Source of the DNA: Vicugna vicugna
Taxonomy: Eukaryota
Direction: 5' to 3'
Length of the DNA stretch: 64,000 nt
Assembly: GCA_013265495.1 (NCBI GenBank)
Contig: MU058289.1
Location: 1,361,451-1,425,450 of the forward strand
The position numbers were made by a program, and so were the translations under genes. Below the pieces are notes generated by a model. It ran no database searches, had not been told where the DNA came from, and worked only from the letters and a program-made list of their open reading frames with translations. Every line of letters starts with the position of its first letter. Within the stretch, counting starts at the first letter, position 1. Positions 39,461-53,511 of this stretch are shown here, one piece after another.

Positions 39461-39689
39461 GAGTTGTATTCCATTACATATATGCATGCTGCATCTTCAT
39501 TATCTATCCAACTATTGATGTGCCCTTAGGATGCTTCCACATCTTGGCAATTATAAATAATGTTGCTGATAACAGCAAGGTGTTGGCTTTATTCCTTTGA
39601 TAACTATGTAAATTTAAAAAGGTAAAGCACTAAATGTTCTTAGAAACAATGAACAGTACATATATGTAAATTAAAAAGTGTATGTGCAG

Positions 39690-40215
39690 TGGACTAAAAA
39701 AGCTATCAAGCAATGAAAGACATGGAAGAAACTTAAAAGACATATTACTAAATAAAAGAAGCCAATCTGAAAAGACTATAAACTACAATTCCAACCAAAT
39801 GACATTCCGGAAAAGGCACAGCTACAGAAACAATAAAAAGATCGTGGTTCCAGGTGTTTGGGGAGAGGGAGGGAGGGAGGGATGAAAAGATGGAGCACAA
39901 GGGATTTTTAGGGCAATGAAATTATTCTATATGATACTATAGTGGTGGCTACATGTCATTATGCATTTGTCAAAACCCATAGAATGTACAACATCAAGAA
40001 TGAACCCTAATGTAAACTATAGACTTTGGTTGATAATAATGTGCCCACGTTGGTTCATCAATTGTACCAAATATGCCACACTGATGGGGGATGTTGAGGA
40101 TAGGGGACTATATATGTGTGGGTGGGGAGGGCTATGGGAACTCTGTATTTTCTGCTTAATTCTGTTGTAAACCTGAAACTGCTCTAAAAAAACAGTCTCT
40201 TAAAAAAAATAAAAC
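39690..40215 (+). mobile_element. L1MC1/2-like 3' end
   Basis: AAAACCCATAGAATGTACAACATCAAGAATGAACCCTAATGTAAACTAT...poly(A). Confidence 0.85.
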
Positions 40216-42743
40216 AAAACAAAGCAAAACAAAGCTTCATCTATACACGATTAGAAACTCTCTTTAGATACTGGGATATAAAGAGGATGAAAGCAAAAGG
40301 ATAGAAGAAGATATTTCGGGTAAACAGTAACCAAAAGAGAGCTGGGGTGGCTAGCTTATCAGTAGATAAAATATACTTCAAATTTTAGAAGAGACAAACA
40401 GGGACATTACATGTTGATAAAAGGTCAATAGGGCAAGAAGACATAACAATTATAAACATATAAGCTTCTATCTGCAGAGATCCAAAATATATGAAGCAAA
40501 AATTGACAGACTTAAAGGGAAAAATAGTGCTACAATAATAGTTGACTTCAATAACACACTTATAATAATAAATAAACCCAGAAATTGTCAGTAAGGAAAA
40601 GGAGGGTTTGACAATGCTATCTATCAATTAGAACTAACAGACACAGACACACAGAGAACACTCCACTTAACACATTGGTTTCAATGCACATGGAACATCT
40701 CTAGGATACGCCATATGGTAGGCAACAAAGCCTCAATACATTGAAAAAAGACTGACCTTATACAAAGTATCATTTCTTTTCACAGTGAAACTAAATTAGA
40801 AATCAGTAACAGGAGGAAAACTGGAAAATTCACAAATAGGTGGAAATTAAAACATTTTTAAACAACCAACAGGTCAAAAAAGGTATCACAAGGGAAATTA
40901 GACAGTAGCTTGAGACAAATGAAAAAAATAAAACAAAACAAAAAACCCCAAACCTTATAAGAGACACAGTGGAAGCAGTGCCAAGAAGAAAACTGACAGA
41001 TGTAAACACATACATTAAAAACAAAAATCTCAAATCAATGACCTTAACAGTTATACCTTAAGGAACCAGAAAGAGAAGACCAACCCCTAAAGGATGCAAA
41101 AGAAAGGAAAAAATAAAGGCTAGAACAGAGATTTTTTTAGATGGAGAATAAAAAAATAGGGAAAAATCCACAAAACCATAAGTTTGTTCTTTATAAAAAT
41201 CAACAAAATTGACAAATTCTGAGCTAGAATGACTAAGGAAAAAACAGAGAAGACTCAAATTACTAAAAACCATAAATGAAAGTAGGAACATTACGACTAA
41301 TTTTATGGAAATAAAAAAGACTGTAAGTGAATGCTGTGAACCGTTGTATACCAAACAAGCTGAACAACCTAAATGAAACGGATCAACTCCTACAAACACA
41401 GAATCTACCAAAATTGACTCAAAAAGAAACAGAAAATTTCAATAGACCTATAGTAAGGAGATCGAATCAATAATCAAAAACCTCCCAATAAAAAAAAAGC
41501 CAAGGACTAGATGGTTTAAATAGTCAATGTTACAAAACACTTAAAAGAATAAACACAAATTCTTCTTAAAGTCTCCCCAAAAATTGAAGAGAAGGAAATA
41601 CTTACTAACTCATTTTATAAGGCTAGCGTTATCCTAACACCAAAGCCAGACTAAGACATTAAAAGAATACTACAGGGAACTATATTCAATATCTTGTAGT
41701 AACTTGTGAAAAAGAATATGAAAACAAATATATGCATGTTCATGTATAAATCGACACTAATTACTTGTAAACTAACTACTTCAATGAAATATGTATATAC
41801 CAAAAAAGAAAACTTCAAAAAATAAAAACGAAAAAATTTATAAAATTTCTAGAAAATGAAAACTAATCTATAATGACAAAGTAGATCAGGGGTTAGTAGA
41901 AGGGGGGAAAACAGAACCCAAAGGAGGGGAAAAAAAGGGTGCAAAGGGACTTGAGGAAACGTCCGAGAGTGATGGACATATTCATTACTTTCTGGTAGTG
42001 ATTATTTCATGCATATTCATTTGTCAATACTTAGGAGTCTGTACAATTTAAATATACTTTGTCATATGTCAATTACATCTCAGTAAAGCTGTTTGCAAAA
42101 AATTCTAATATATTATTAACATGGAAAAAGTTCCCCATTATATGAGAAAGGAAAAATAAAGGCTATAAAACAGTATGCATATTTTTTGTCCAAAAAATGT
42201 TTTACATGTATATTCATGTGTGTGAGTATGCACAGAATATGTTTAGAGGAAGGTACAGGAAAAGAAACTCACCATGGAAAAAAAATTTTCCTCTAGTAAA
42301 TGACATTGGGAAGGCCTTTATTTCTCACTGCATATACTTCTGTACTCCTTGAATCTTACACCACAACACATGTCACTTTTATTATAAAAACTTTTAATTT
42401 TTCTTTAAAAAAACTCTAAAAACAAAGATGATATAATAATAATAAAATTATAATTGGAATAATGAAAAGCTGTTTTTTAAAGAATAATAATTGATTATAT
42501 AATAATGTGATGAAAATAAAAATAAAGGACAGAAAATAACCTGGCCTTCATTCAACCAAAAGTATCCTGTTTGTATTAGATTGGCTGGATTATAAATTTT
42601 CATAAAATAATTTTATAATTTCCCAAATTTTCTGTAATATGCTTATACTTTATAAGTAAACAAAAATGAAGTCTTTCATGTTAAAAAAAATTCCAAATTC
42701 CTGCCAGAAACCCACAAACTCAAATTAATAAAGAGCTTATTAC

Positions 42744-42892
42744 CTAAATTAGCACTTCTAAGCATGCTGACCAGTGCTGGCATAAGCTGAAACTCAAATA
42801 TCCTTTGGACGCCACAGTGGCTACAGGCTGGGGGCTCAGTGACTTCTGATGTAGGGCAGGTCAAAAAAAGTGGTTCTCCACTCCAGGAATAC
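42744..42892 (-). CDS. PDCD2L: PDCD2L exon 6 (PDCD2_C domain)
   Basis: YSWSGEPLFLTCPTSEVTEPPACSHCGVQRIFEFQLMPALVSMLRSANL; TAG/GTAAT; 149 nt. Confidence 0.96.
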
Positions 42893-43880
42893 CTAGGGCA
42901 AGAAAACAAAGAATCCTGAATCAGAACCACATACAAGTTACATTCCAACATCTAAGACCACACTTTGCAAACTTTGTTTCTTTCTTGCATAGTATCTGGA
43001 GCAAAACTGGTGAGCAAAGAAATTCTAAAGGCCTGGAAACTAGCAGCAAGGCTGTAATCACAGCAAATTATTAGATATGCAAAAAGCAGAAAAAACTGAC
43101 CCATAAAAAAAATGAATACAAGGAGATCCACAGACAAGACGATGGAATTATCAGACAGACTTTAAAACACCAATAAGAAACACGTGAAAGAATCAAGTGG
43201 AAAAGCAGGCATGCATAAACAGATGAGGAATTTAGCACAGAAGTGGAAACTGAAAGAGATCAAAACAGAAATGGTACACACAAAAAAGGTTTAGCTGAAA
43301 TAAAGAACTTCAGTAAAACTAATAGCAAGCTGGCAATGACAACAAAAAAGTTATGAATTTGAGGAAAACAAACATCCTAAACAAAACAAAAAAAATGAAA
43401 ACTAAAAGAAAAAACCCACAAATCCAAAAGCTAAGCACATTCCAAGCAGGAAAATGAAAACACACATGCTAAAGTATATAATACTAAAAAAAAAAAGAAA
43501 AAAAATACACATACACACCCACCACACACATATTACAGACGGAGGAACAATATGAATTACGTCTAACTGCAAACAGAAACAGTAAAGGCAAGAAGACAAT
43601 GGACCAAATCTTTTTAGTATTGAAAGAAAAAAAGTAAAAAATAAATTTTATATCCAATGAAAATATCTATTAACAGAAATATCAATAAATACATTTTTAA
43701 ATGGAAAAAACCTGAGAGATTGTCTCCAACAAATCACTTCAAAAATAAAATTAAAAGCTCTTCAGGCTAAGGGAAATACAAGACAGAAGCTCAGATCTGC
43801 ATGAAATGAGTACTAAAATGGGAAACAAGTAGATAAACATAAAAGGACTCCTGAAAATCATTTTCACTTTATTTTATATA

Positions 43881-46800
43881 CTGTTGCCCCTTAACATAGA
43901 TTTGAACTGCACAGATCCATTTGTGTGGATTTTTTTTTTCAATTACAAAAAATTGTGGGGAGGGTATAGCTCAGTGGTAGAGTGTATATCTAGCATGCAC
44001 AAGGTCCTGGGTTCAATCCCCAGTACCTCCACCAAAAAAATCCCCCCAAACCCCCCAAAAACCTAATTACCTTTCCCCAAAATAATTTTAAAAATTGGAA
44101 AATATTTTGGAGATTTGCAATGATTTGAAAAATCTTGCAAACCGTGTAGCTTAGAAATATTTTAAAAATTAAGAACAAGTATGACATGAATGCATAAAAT
44201 ATATGTAGCTACTAGTCTATTTTATCATTTACTAAATAAAAAATACATATCTACTATAAAGTTAAAATTTACAAAAACTTACACTGTACATAGCACTACT
44301 CACAGCTGAGTGAAATATAAACAAAGATGCAATGTTAAATCGTATTAACTGCAGTACGCACTATACTACTGTAATAATTCTGTAGCCACCTCCTGCTGCT
44401 AAGTGGTGAGCTCAAGTATTCCTGGCATCAGCCTAGAGCACCATGTGGTGCTAATCATACCCGCAGGAGCAGTTCATCTCTCTAGTAAACTGCGTATCGC
44501 AGTAAAAAGTGATCTCTTGAGGATTTAGCATAATTTTCATCATGTTTAGTGCAATACCGTTAAACCCTGAAAAACACCATGGGATCCATACGAAATGCCG
44601 CTAGTAATGCTTAAAGTGCTCCCAAGAACAGAGAAAAGTCATGACATTACAAGAAAACGTTGAATTACTGGGTATGTCCCACAGACTGAGGTCTGGAGCT
44701 GCAGTTGCCCACCATTTCAAGATAAATGAATTCAGTCTAAGGACCATTATGAAAAAAAAACAAAAAGGTTGTTTATGAGGTCATTGCTGCAGCGACACCA
44801 GCAGGCGTGAAAACCTTGTACTTGTTGTGAAATACCTTTTTATGTCGTATTGAAAATGCAGCTTTTATGTGGGTGCAGGACTGCTCTAAGAAAGGCGTTT
44901 TTATACACTCAGTACGATTTAAGAAAAAGCAAAGTCATTACATAACAACTTAAAGCAAAAGGAAAGTGAAGGATCTAAAGCTGGAAAATGTAATGCCAGT
45001 AAAGGGCAGTTTGATAATTTTAGAAAGAGGTTCGGCTTTAAAAACCTCAAGATAATAGAAGCAGCTTCTCCTGACCAAGAGGCAATAGATGACTCCCAGA
45101 TGCTATTAAGAAAATCACTGCAGAGAAAGGTATCTGCCTCAACAGGCTTTTTAATACAGATGAAAATGCCCTATTCTGGAAGGAAAAATGCCACAGAGGA
45201 CATTTCTTATTAATAATTAATTATTATGTATTAATGTGTAATATCAGTATTATATGAAACATTATATATTAATGTAATATGAAACATTTATTAGTAAGGA
45301 AGAGATGTGAGCACCAGGATTTGAGGCAGAAAGGAACAGGCTAACACTACTGTTGTGTGCAAATGCAGTCAGGTTTATAATCAGGACTGCTCTTTATCCA
45401 TAAAGCTGCTAACCCCCAAGCCTCGAAGGGAAAAGATAAAACACCAGATGCCAGTCTTCAGGTTATACAAAAAGGCCTGGACAATGAGAATACTTTTTCT
45501 GGATTGGTTCCATCAATGCTTTGTCCCTGAAGTCAGAAGCACATTTCCAGTAAGTGACTGCCTTTTAAAGTTCTTTTGGCATTGGAAAATCCCCGAGCCA
45601 CACTGAACCCTATAAAGTTCACCACCAAAGTGTTAAAGTGGTCCTCTTGCCTCCAAATATGACATCTCTATTCAGCCTCTAGATCAGGGGGTCAGGAGGG
45701 CCTTTAAGTCTCATTACACACAGTACCCTATGAAAAGGATTGTCAATGCTGTGGAAGGGAACCGTGATGGAGCGAACATCATAAAAGTCTGGAATATTAC
45801 AGCATTGACAATATCACCAGTGTTATAGGAAAGGCCATGAAAGCCATTAAGTTCAAAATTATAAATTCCTGCTGGAGAAACTGTGTCCAGAAGTTGTGCA
45901 TGACTTCAAAGGATTTACGACAGAGCCAAACAAGGACATCATAAAAGAGATTGTGGAAACAGCAAAAAATGTCGGGGGTGAAGGGTTTCAAGATATGAAT
46001 CATGGAGAAATTCAAGAGCCAGTGCCAGATGATGAAGATGCAGAAGAAGCAGTGCCTGAAAATAAACTGGCATCAGACAATCTGGCAGAAGGGTTCCGAT
46101 TATTCAAGACTGCTTTCGACTTCTTCTGCGACATGGACCCTTCTATGATATGGGCACTGAAACTAAAGCAAAGGGTGGAAGAAGGATTGGTACGATACAG
46201 AAACATTTTTAGAGAAATAAAAAAGCAAAAAAAAGTTAGACAGAAATTATTATATATATCCATAAAGTTACACTGAGTGTGCCTGTTTTTCCTGCTCCCC
46301 TTCCCTCTCCTCTACCTCTTCAGCCTCTGCCACTCCTGAGGCAGCAAGACCGACCCCACTTCCTCCTCGGGCTACTCAGCACCAAGATGAGGATGAAGAC
46401 CTCTGTGATGATCCACTTCCACTTAATGAACAGAAACAGTCATCATGCCATACAGTTAATAAACTTACTTAGTTTACAAACTTATGATTAATAGTAAACT
46501 TATTAATGAAAAAATAATAAACAATAAACGTATTAGCTGTATGTGTATGTCTTCAGGTGAAAATCTAGTAACTGTACAGCAAGACTGTATGAGATGTCTT
46601 TGCATCATTATCATCATCATCGCCTAAGTATTTCATTACGTAGAACATCGTGTGCAAGATTTGTACTGAAGCGGATGGCCTATCCTTACACAGGCATAAC
46701 GTGAGTAATATTTAATATAAAATTAATAATGTTAGGGTTTTTTTTTACTGTTTTATAACTTTGCTTTCAAAGAATCACATTACCATACAGTATGGCTCCG

Positions 46801-47503
46801 TCTCTTGAAGTAAGCCTATCATCAAGGTAAGTGGTTTTTTAAAAAAAAGTAACAATGTTTCCAATACTATATTATGAATGAATGTGACTGTAATGATGTG
46901 TGCCATAAAGAATCTTCATTCATTAGTGCATAGGCTGGGCTACCGTGAAACAATCTATTACAATCTATTACAGTAGGCTATCATAAAGTAATCATATTGC
47001 TGCTTCTTCATTATCAATGCACATAATCATTATACCTGTAAATAAACATGAGTTTCCTTTTCACATTCTCTCTTCACTTTTGATGTCTAGCGTTGGTAAT
47101 AAGTATAACAAACTACAGTGTTTTGACTCATCATCTAAGACAATATTGATGTAGGTACTGAGAATTCATCTTGTAAACAATTCATCTTGCAGGTATTGAT
47201 AAATACAGTACAGTAAAGTAAATGCATATTTTTATAATTTTCTCAGTAACATTTTCTTTTCTCTAATTTACTTCATTGTAAGAATAAAGTATATAATATA
47301 TATAATATACAAAATATGTGTTAATCGATTGCTTGTGTTATTGGTAAGGCTTCTGGGTCAACAGTGGGCTATTAGCAGTTAGGTTCTGGGGGAGTCAAAG
47401 GCTATATGCAGGAAAAAAAAGTTATAAAGTTATAAGTGGATTTTCTAATGTGCGACGGGGAATGTTGATGTCCCTAACTCCCACATTGTTCAAGGAGCAA
47501 CAT
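43881..47503 (+). mobile_element. Near full-length Tigger2-family (Tigger2f-like) TcMar DNA transposon with decayed transposase
   Basis: TA-flanked TIRs CTGTTGCCCCTTAACA / TGTTCAAGGAGCAACA; HTH RKVMTLQENVELL (~44632), FNTDENALFWK (~45150), LPPNMTSL-QPLDQGV (~45647-45693); MER28-like 3' part. Confidence 0.9.
43957..44087 (+). mobile_element. Vic-1-like SINE inserted in Tigger2
   Basis: GGGGAGGGTATAGCTCAGTGGTAGAGTG...GGTCCTGGGTTCAATCCCCAGTACCTCC; AAAAATTG flanking repeats. Confidence 0.9.
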
Positions 47504-47996
47504 ATATTTCTTTTCCTTAAAAACTACTGAGCAAAAATAATAGTATATTATGGACTATAAAGAATATATGTAAGTAAAATAAACAAAAACAGGATAATAA
47601 AAAAAAGGGCAGGGGGAAGGTAAATGGGAATCTGCCATAGTTCTTAATTCATAAAGTAGACAACTATATGTGAATGTACATCTCTGACATTACAGGGAAG
47701 TCAGAGATGCACATTACAGTCACTAAGGCACAAGCACTAAAAAGGCAACAGAGCTATAACTGAAAGTCAAGAAAGGAGATAAAACCGTAAACTAAAAATA
47801 CTCAATTCACTGAAAAGAAGGTTAACCAAAACAGAAAAAAGGAACAAAATAAAAAAAGAGAGAGAGAAGAATGCTGGAATGATAAAATTAACCTAACACC
47901 ACCAATAACTACATTAAATGAACAAAACAATACACATAAAAAGCAAACAGCCTGGATTAAAAAAAGAAAAGAAAAAAGGTGGGGGCAAGACCTGTA

Positions 47997-48216
47997 CGGT
48001 TGGCCCTCCGTATCTGTGGGATTTCACTTCCATGGATACAAACACTCCTTGGATAGATCCACAGTTAGTTGAATTCACAGACACAAAACCCTGATACCAA
48101 GAGCAAGCCAACTGTATTCACTACACTACACCACTTTATATAAAACTCGAGCTTCCGTGTATTTTGGTGTGTGGGGACTTCTGGAACCAAGCTCTTGTGG
48201 ATACTGAGGATGACTG
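47997..48216 (-). mobile_element. MER2B-like Tigger MITE with TA duplication
   Basis: TA|CGGTTGGCCCTCCGTATC ... GATACTGAGGATGACTG|TA inverted ends. Confidence 0.8.
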
Positions 48217-48249
48217 TATATATCAAGCTGTTTAAGAAACACACTTTAG

Positions 48250-48575
48250 ATATCACTTCACACCTGTGAGAATGGCTATTATCAAAAAGATAAGTGTCGT
48301 TGAGGATGTGGAAAAAAGGTGACCCTTGTGCACTATCGGTGGGAACATAAACAGTGCAGCCACTATGGAAAGTGGTATGTAGCATTCTCAAAGAATTAAA
48401 AATGATCCAGCAATTCCATTTCTGGGTATTTGCCAAAGGAAATGAAAACACCAACTCAAAAAGATATATGTATTCCAGGTTCACAGCAGGATTATTTACA
48501 GTAGCCAAAATATGGAAACAACCTAAGTGTCCACTGATGGGTAAATAGGAAAAGAAATTGTGAGATGTAGATGTG

Positions 48576-48621
<46 letters not shown>

Positions 48622-48910
48622 GGAATATTACTCAGCCATTAAAAGAGTGAAATTTCATAATTTGTGGCAACATTGATGGATCTCAAGGGCACTATGCTAA
48701 ATGAAGTAAGTCAGACAAAGAAAGACAAACACAATGTGATCTCTCTTATATATGGGATCTTAAAAAAATAAAAACAAACAAAAAACCCCCCAAGCTCATA
48801 CACACAGAGAACAGTTCAGTGGTTACCAGAGATGGGGGCTGGGGGGCTGTGTTGGGAGAAATGGGTGAACTTTTTGTTTTGTTTAAATAAGTTGATTATT
48901 AAAAAAAAAA
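48250..48910 (+). mobile_element. L1 3' end containing (CA)~20 (48578-48618)
   Basis: CACCTGTGAGAATGGCTATTATCAAAAAG...CAGCCACTATGGAAA...AACCTAAGTGTCCA...poly(A). Confidence 0.9.
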
Positions 48911-50520
48911 CAATTTATATTGAAAGTAAGGAAAAGGTTGAAAGTAAAAGGGTAAAAAAAATCAAACATACAAAGACATACAGATGTCTTACATATACAC
49001 AAAAAACAGAAAGCTAGTGTGACTATATTAATATCAGACAAAAGACAAGGAAGGAGTATCATCAGAAATAGAATGTGTTATAATAGGATCAACTCATCAG
49101 ATAAATGTAAGAATCCTACAAATGCATACATCTTAAAACATCATCAAAATGCATGAGACAAAATTTGATAGAACTGAAAGGAGAAAAATGATATATCCAT
49201 AATCACAGTCAGAGGTTTTAACACTCTTCAGTCAGTACTTGATACGAAATAAGGCAAAAGTCATCAGTCTTAAAAAATAAAAACTGGTGCAACAATCGGA
49301 TATTCACATGGAAAAAAAATGATATGTACAAAAATTAACTCAAATTGGATCACAGACCTAAATGTAAGAAATAAAAAAAAATCTTCTCTAGGAAAGCACA
49401 GGAAAAATCCCTTGCTACCTTGGGTCAAGTAGAAATTTCTTAGGAAATAAAAAGTGTAAACCATCAAAAAAAAACCAAAACTGTCAAGCTGGACTTGATC
49501 AAAATTTAAAACTCTCTTCAAAAGACCCTATGAATAAAATGAAAGGCAAGCCACAAACAGGGAGAAAATACGTGAAATGTATATATCTCAAAAAGGACTC
49601 ATATCCTGAACATATGAAGAATTCCTGCAACTCAATAGCAAAAAGATAAGCAACAACAAAAATATGGGCAAAAGATGTGAACTGACACTTTCCCAAAGTT
49701 TAGAGAATACAGATGGAAAACGAGATGTTCAACATCACTAGTCATTAGGGAAAAAAATGAATTAAAACCACAAGGAAATGCTATTACTATACATCTTCTA
49801 GAATGGCTGAAATGAAACACTGACCATACCAAGTATTGGCAAGGATGTGGAGGAACCAGAATTCTTACACACTGCTGAAAGGAATGTAAATGGTATAACC
49901 ACTCTGGAAAAAACTTTGGCTGTTTCTTAAAAAGTTAAATATGCATAGTAGCATAAGATCCAACCATTTCAGTCCTAGATATTTACCTGAGAGAAATGAA
50001 AGCATATGTCCATACAAAGACTTATACTAATATACACAACAAATTAATGTTTATAGAAGCTTATTTACAATAGCCCAGAACTGGCAATAACACAAATATC
50101 CATTAAAAGGATAAATAAACTGTGGTATATCCATACAAGAGAGTATTACACAACAGTAAAAATACATGATACAAGCAACAAGGATGAATCTTGAAATTAT
50201 GCTGAGCGAAAGAAACCAGGCACCTGCCCCTACAAAGAACTATTATCCTGTGTGAATTCATTTATATAAATTTATAGAAAATGTACTAAGATGTAATGAC
50301 AAAAAGATCAGCCGTTGCATGGGGTTGAGTGAGAGACTTGGGACAGGGCAAGAGACAAAGTAGTATGAGAAAACTTCTAGGGGGTGACAGATGTTTATTA
50401 CCTTGATTGTGGCAATGGTTTCACGGGTGTACACATATGTCAAAACTTAGCAAAGTGTACATTTTAAATACGGGCAGTTTGTTGTATGTAAACTGTACCA
50501 AAATAAAGCTGTTTAAGAAC
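48910..50520 (+). mobile_element. Old L1 ORF2 and 3' UTR remnants (host of the Tigger2/MER2B nest, which starts ~43000)
   Basis: AAAATTAACTCAAATTGGATCACAGACCTAAATGTAA; GGCAAGGATGTGGAG; AATAAAGCTG end. Confidence 0.8.
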
Positions 50521-52199
50521 CCACACTTCACTACAGAAGATACACAGATGCTGAATAAGCAGATATAAGATGCCCAACATCATTAGTTATGAGGAAAATG
50601 AAAACGGAAACCACGATGAAATACCACAACTACCTACCAAAATGACAGTAAAAATTTAAAAGACAGACAATATTTTTAAAACCATCACCAACCTAGGTTT
50701 CTCACTTCAACCACTCTTATACACAACGTGCTTTAATATTTAGATTTAGTTCTTATTTATTTGGGGAGAAATCTCCTATTTCATCTTTGAGTACTATTTT
50801 TGATTCATTTGTTGAGAATCTCTATTTTGGACACCAATTATCCTTATAGTAACTATCTTTATCAAGCTTCCAAAGATACCACCCTCTCTCATATTGCCTT
50901 CTCTCTGATTGCACTGTCTATTTTTCTGCATTCACTAAATCACTGCAACTCTTTTCACTACATCAGTACTGTGATTTTTAGCCAAGTCTAGTATGTTCCT
51001 TATTTCTAAGTTTATTAGATATGTAATGTGTGGCTTAGCTTCTTCAGGAAATCAGTTTCCCTTGTCTTCTCATAACTACTTTATTTTTCTCACCTTTGAG
51101 CTCTTGGATTTTCCTGAATGAATTTTCTTACGAAGTTCTTCTGTATCTTAAAAAATCTGCCGTGAATTATGTGTTCCTTAGATTGTGTTTTCGGCTCATT
51201 TTTGCATGCACTATTCATTTCTGTATTTTTACTGCCCACAGTATGACTACGTGGGTGACGTGCCACTTTTCATCTAGCTCATGCCTAAAGAGGGCAACTC
51301 TGTTTAGACCACCTATTTGCTCCAAAACGGTGTGCGGGGTTTCTTATCTATTTCCTATCAATCTCATACCCAACGTCTGTTCCTTTCCCCTTCTCCAAGC
51401 CCATTTTTCATTGTCTCTACTTTTCTGCAGGTGGTAAAAGACAGGGAACTGAGGTGGGGATACAGTTCTACTAAGGCTAGATGCAATCTACTGAAACACC
51501 TAGGCTTTGCTTTTACTTCTGAGATAGTGTGAAATGTCTTACATGTTGGGAGAGATTCCATTCTAACGGGGGAGAAACTGCCCTTGATTTTCTTATCATT
51601 ATGTAACTCATCACGGAACCCAGCAACTTTTGCTTCTGAGAGGTAATTCCCAATTCCCTGCACAACATCATCCCCTCATGCCTAGTTCTTTGGCCAACAT
51701 CCTGATATCAGAAGATGCAGATTATTCTATTTGCTTCTTTCTAGATTCAAGATTATTACTACAATTCTCAGGATTTTGTGGACTAAGCAGTACATTTTGA
51801 AGAGGTGAGAGAAGAAAGCTGTATTGTTAGAACTCAAACTAAACCATACCAGAAATTTTTGTACCTTTCTCTGTGAAGAGTAAATTAATTACATGAATAA
51901 ATAAAGACACGTGAGGCACCCAGAATTGTATTAGACATTTAGTGATATTACATTCTGGGCTGCCACTTTTTGAGTTTTAGGGTATTAAGCCCCTGTAATA
52001 ATTAAATGCTGATGGAAGGGATTTTCTTTTTAATACCTATTTTTTTAGTTTTATTTCTGGCTGACTTTTACCTTTTATATTCATTGTGCCAGGTATTAGG
52101 GGAGAAAGACCATTTGATTTTACTATGCCCACTTTATGTGGACCCATTTTTCCAAGTTTTCCCTACGTCACTACTTTTATACTCTGTAACCTGCTGGGT

Positions 52200-52430
52200 A
52201 TGTCATTTCCTCTGAGGCCTCCCTGACATCTTACTTAAAATAGCTCTGTTTTATTCTTCATTTATCACTTGTAGAACTCATACAATACATCTGTTTATTT
52301 TTAACCTCCCTCATTAGAAGGTAAAATCTATAAAAACACAAACTTTGTGTCACTTCCTGCTGTATCTGCACATCTGTAACACTGCCTGGCATCCAGATAG
52401 ACTCAATAAATATTTGTTGGATGAATGAAC
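52200..52430 (+). mobile_element. L2 3' end
   Basis: TGCCTGGCATCCAGATAGACTCAATAAATATTTGTTGGATGAATGAA. Confidence 0.75.
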
Positions 52431-53511
52431 GTGCTCATGAATCCTCCCAAACATTCTGTAAATCTTCCCATTCTGTAGGTATTAAGCCCTTGGCCCTTTT
52501 TACAGAAAAGAAATAAAGGTAAAGTCATCTGCTCAAAACCAAGGTTCTTTTCATCTCTCCTGTGTGCAGAAAGATGCCAGCTCCACCAAATACTCAGTGA
52601 AGTACTTACTATGTATGAGCACTGTGCTTTGTAAGACAGTTATATACTGTCCTAAGATCATATGAAGAATCCATAAATATGCCAATACTAAGAGATCCTG
52701 ACAGATCTCTGCTTCCCCATAAGGTAGCAAAGTGGATTTCAAACAGTGAGTCTTTATGTATGCTTTACAGAGTATTTTCATCATCACCTCATTTAATTCT
52801 CATAGGGATCCTACAAAATAAATAGTTGTATCATCATGTTCATTTTAGGGGTGAGGCACTGAGATTAACAAAGGTGACTCGCCCACAGACCACAACTAGA
52901 AATGGAAGACCCAGGTCTTGAACTTCCAAGATCTCTGATTCAATACCCTATAGGCACTTGTTATTACAAAGTTTTATACCTTTAGTATACAAAACTTGTA
53001 AAGTAAAATGCACAGGGGAAATAAAATCAAAACTATTATAACAAAGGTAAGTCAAACTGACAAGGACACACTCTGTAGTCCAAGAAAAATCAAGACCCCC
53101 CCACACTCCGGATAACAGCCTCCTAAACCCCCATCTCCAGAGTAGCATCAACACTCCTTCAACATTACAGGCCAGAACCTCAAAACCACTTTTGTTTCCT
53201 CCCAATCTTTTACTCTCATATCCAAGGGTCACCAAGACCTGCCATTATACAAATATCTTACACATGTGTCCCCTCCTTCCTATATCTTCTGCCTTGATCC
53301 AAACCCTTTCACCATCTCTCACCTGGATTCCTTTTCTCTAATCTCAGCATGATCGTATCACTCCTCTGGCACCCACTTGCTTAACTGCCACTTCAGGAAA
53401 TGTGTCCTACTGATGTACCTGCACACGTGCAAAATGATATGGGTACAAGGCTGCTGGGTAGCATAACTTGTAACAGCAAAAGTCTGGAAACATTAAATAT
53501 TCATCAACAAG

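Larger units (their letters stand above)
37278..41670 (+). mobile_element. Old L1 (5' UTR, ORF1, ORF2 5' half) interrupted at ~38495-40230 by other L1 pieces
   Basis: 5' motif GTCAAGGAAGACGGCAGAG; ORF1 remnant (AGCTGATTTCTCAG); ORF2 EN start (ACATTAAATGTAAGTGG) resuming at ~40235. Confidence 0.75.

Noticed and set aside
38782..39462. L1 ORF1 as a functional or domesticated gene
   Set aside because: Frameshifted and truncated.
44579..46276. Tigger transposase as an intact TIGD-like gene
   Set aside because: Early TAA, multiple frameshifts and an AT-rich insertion.
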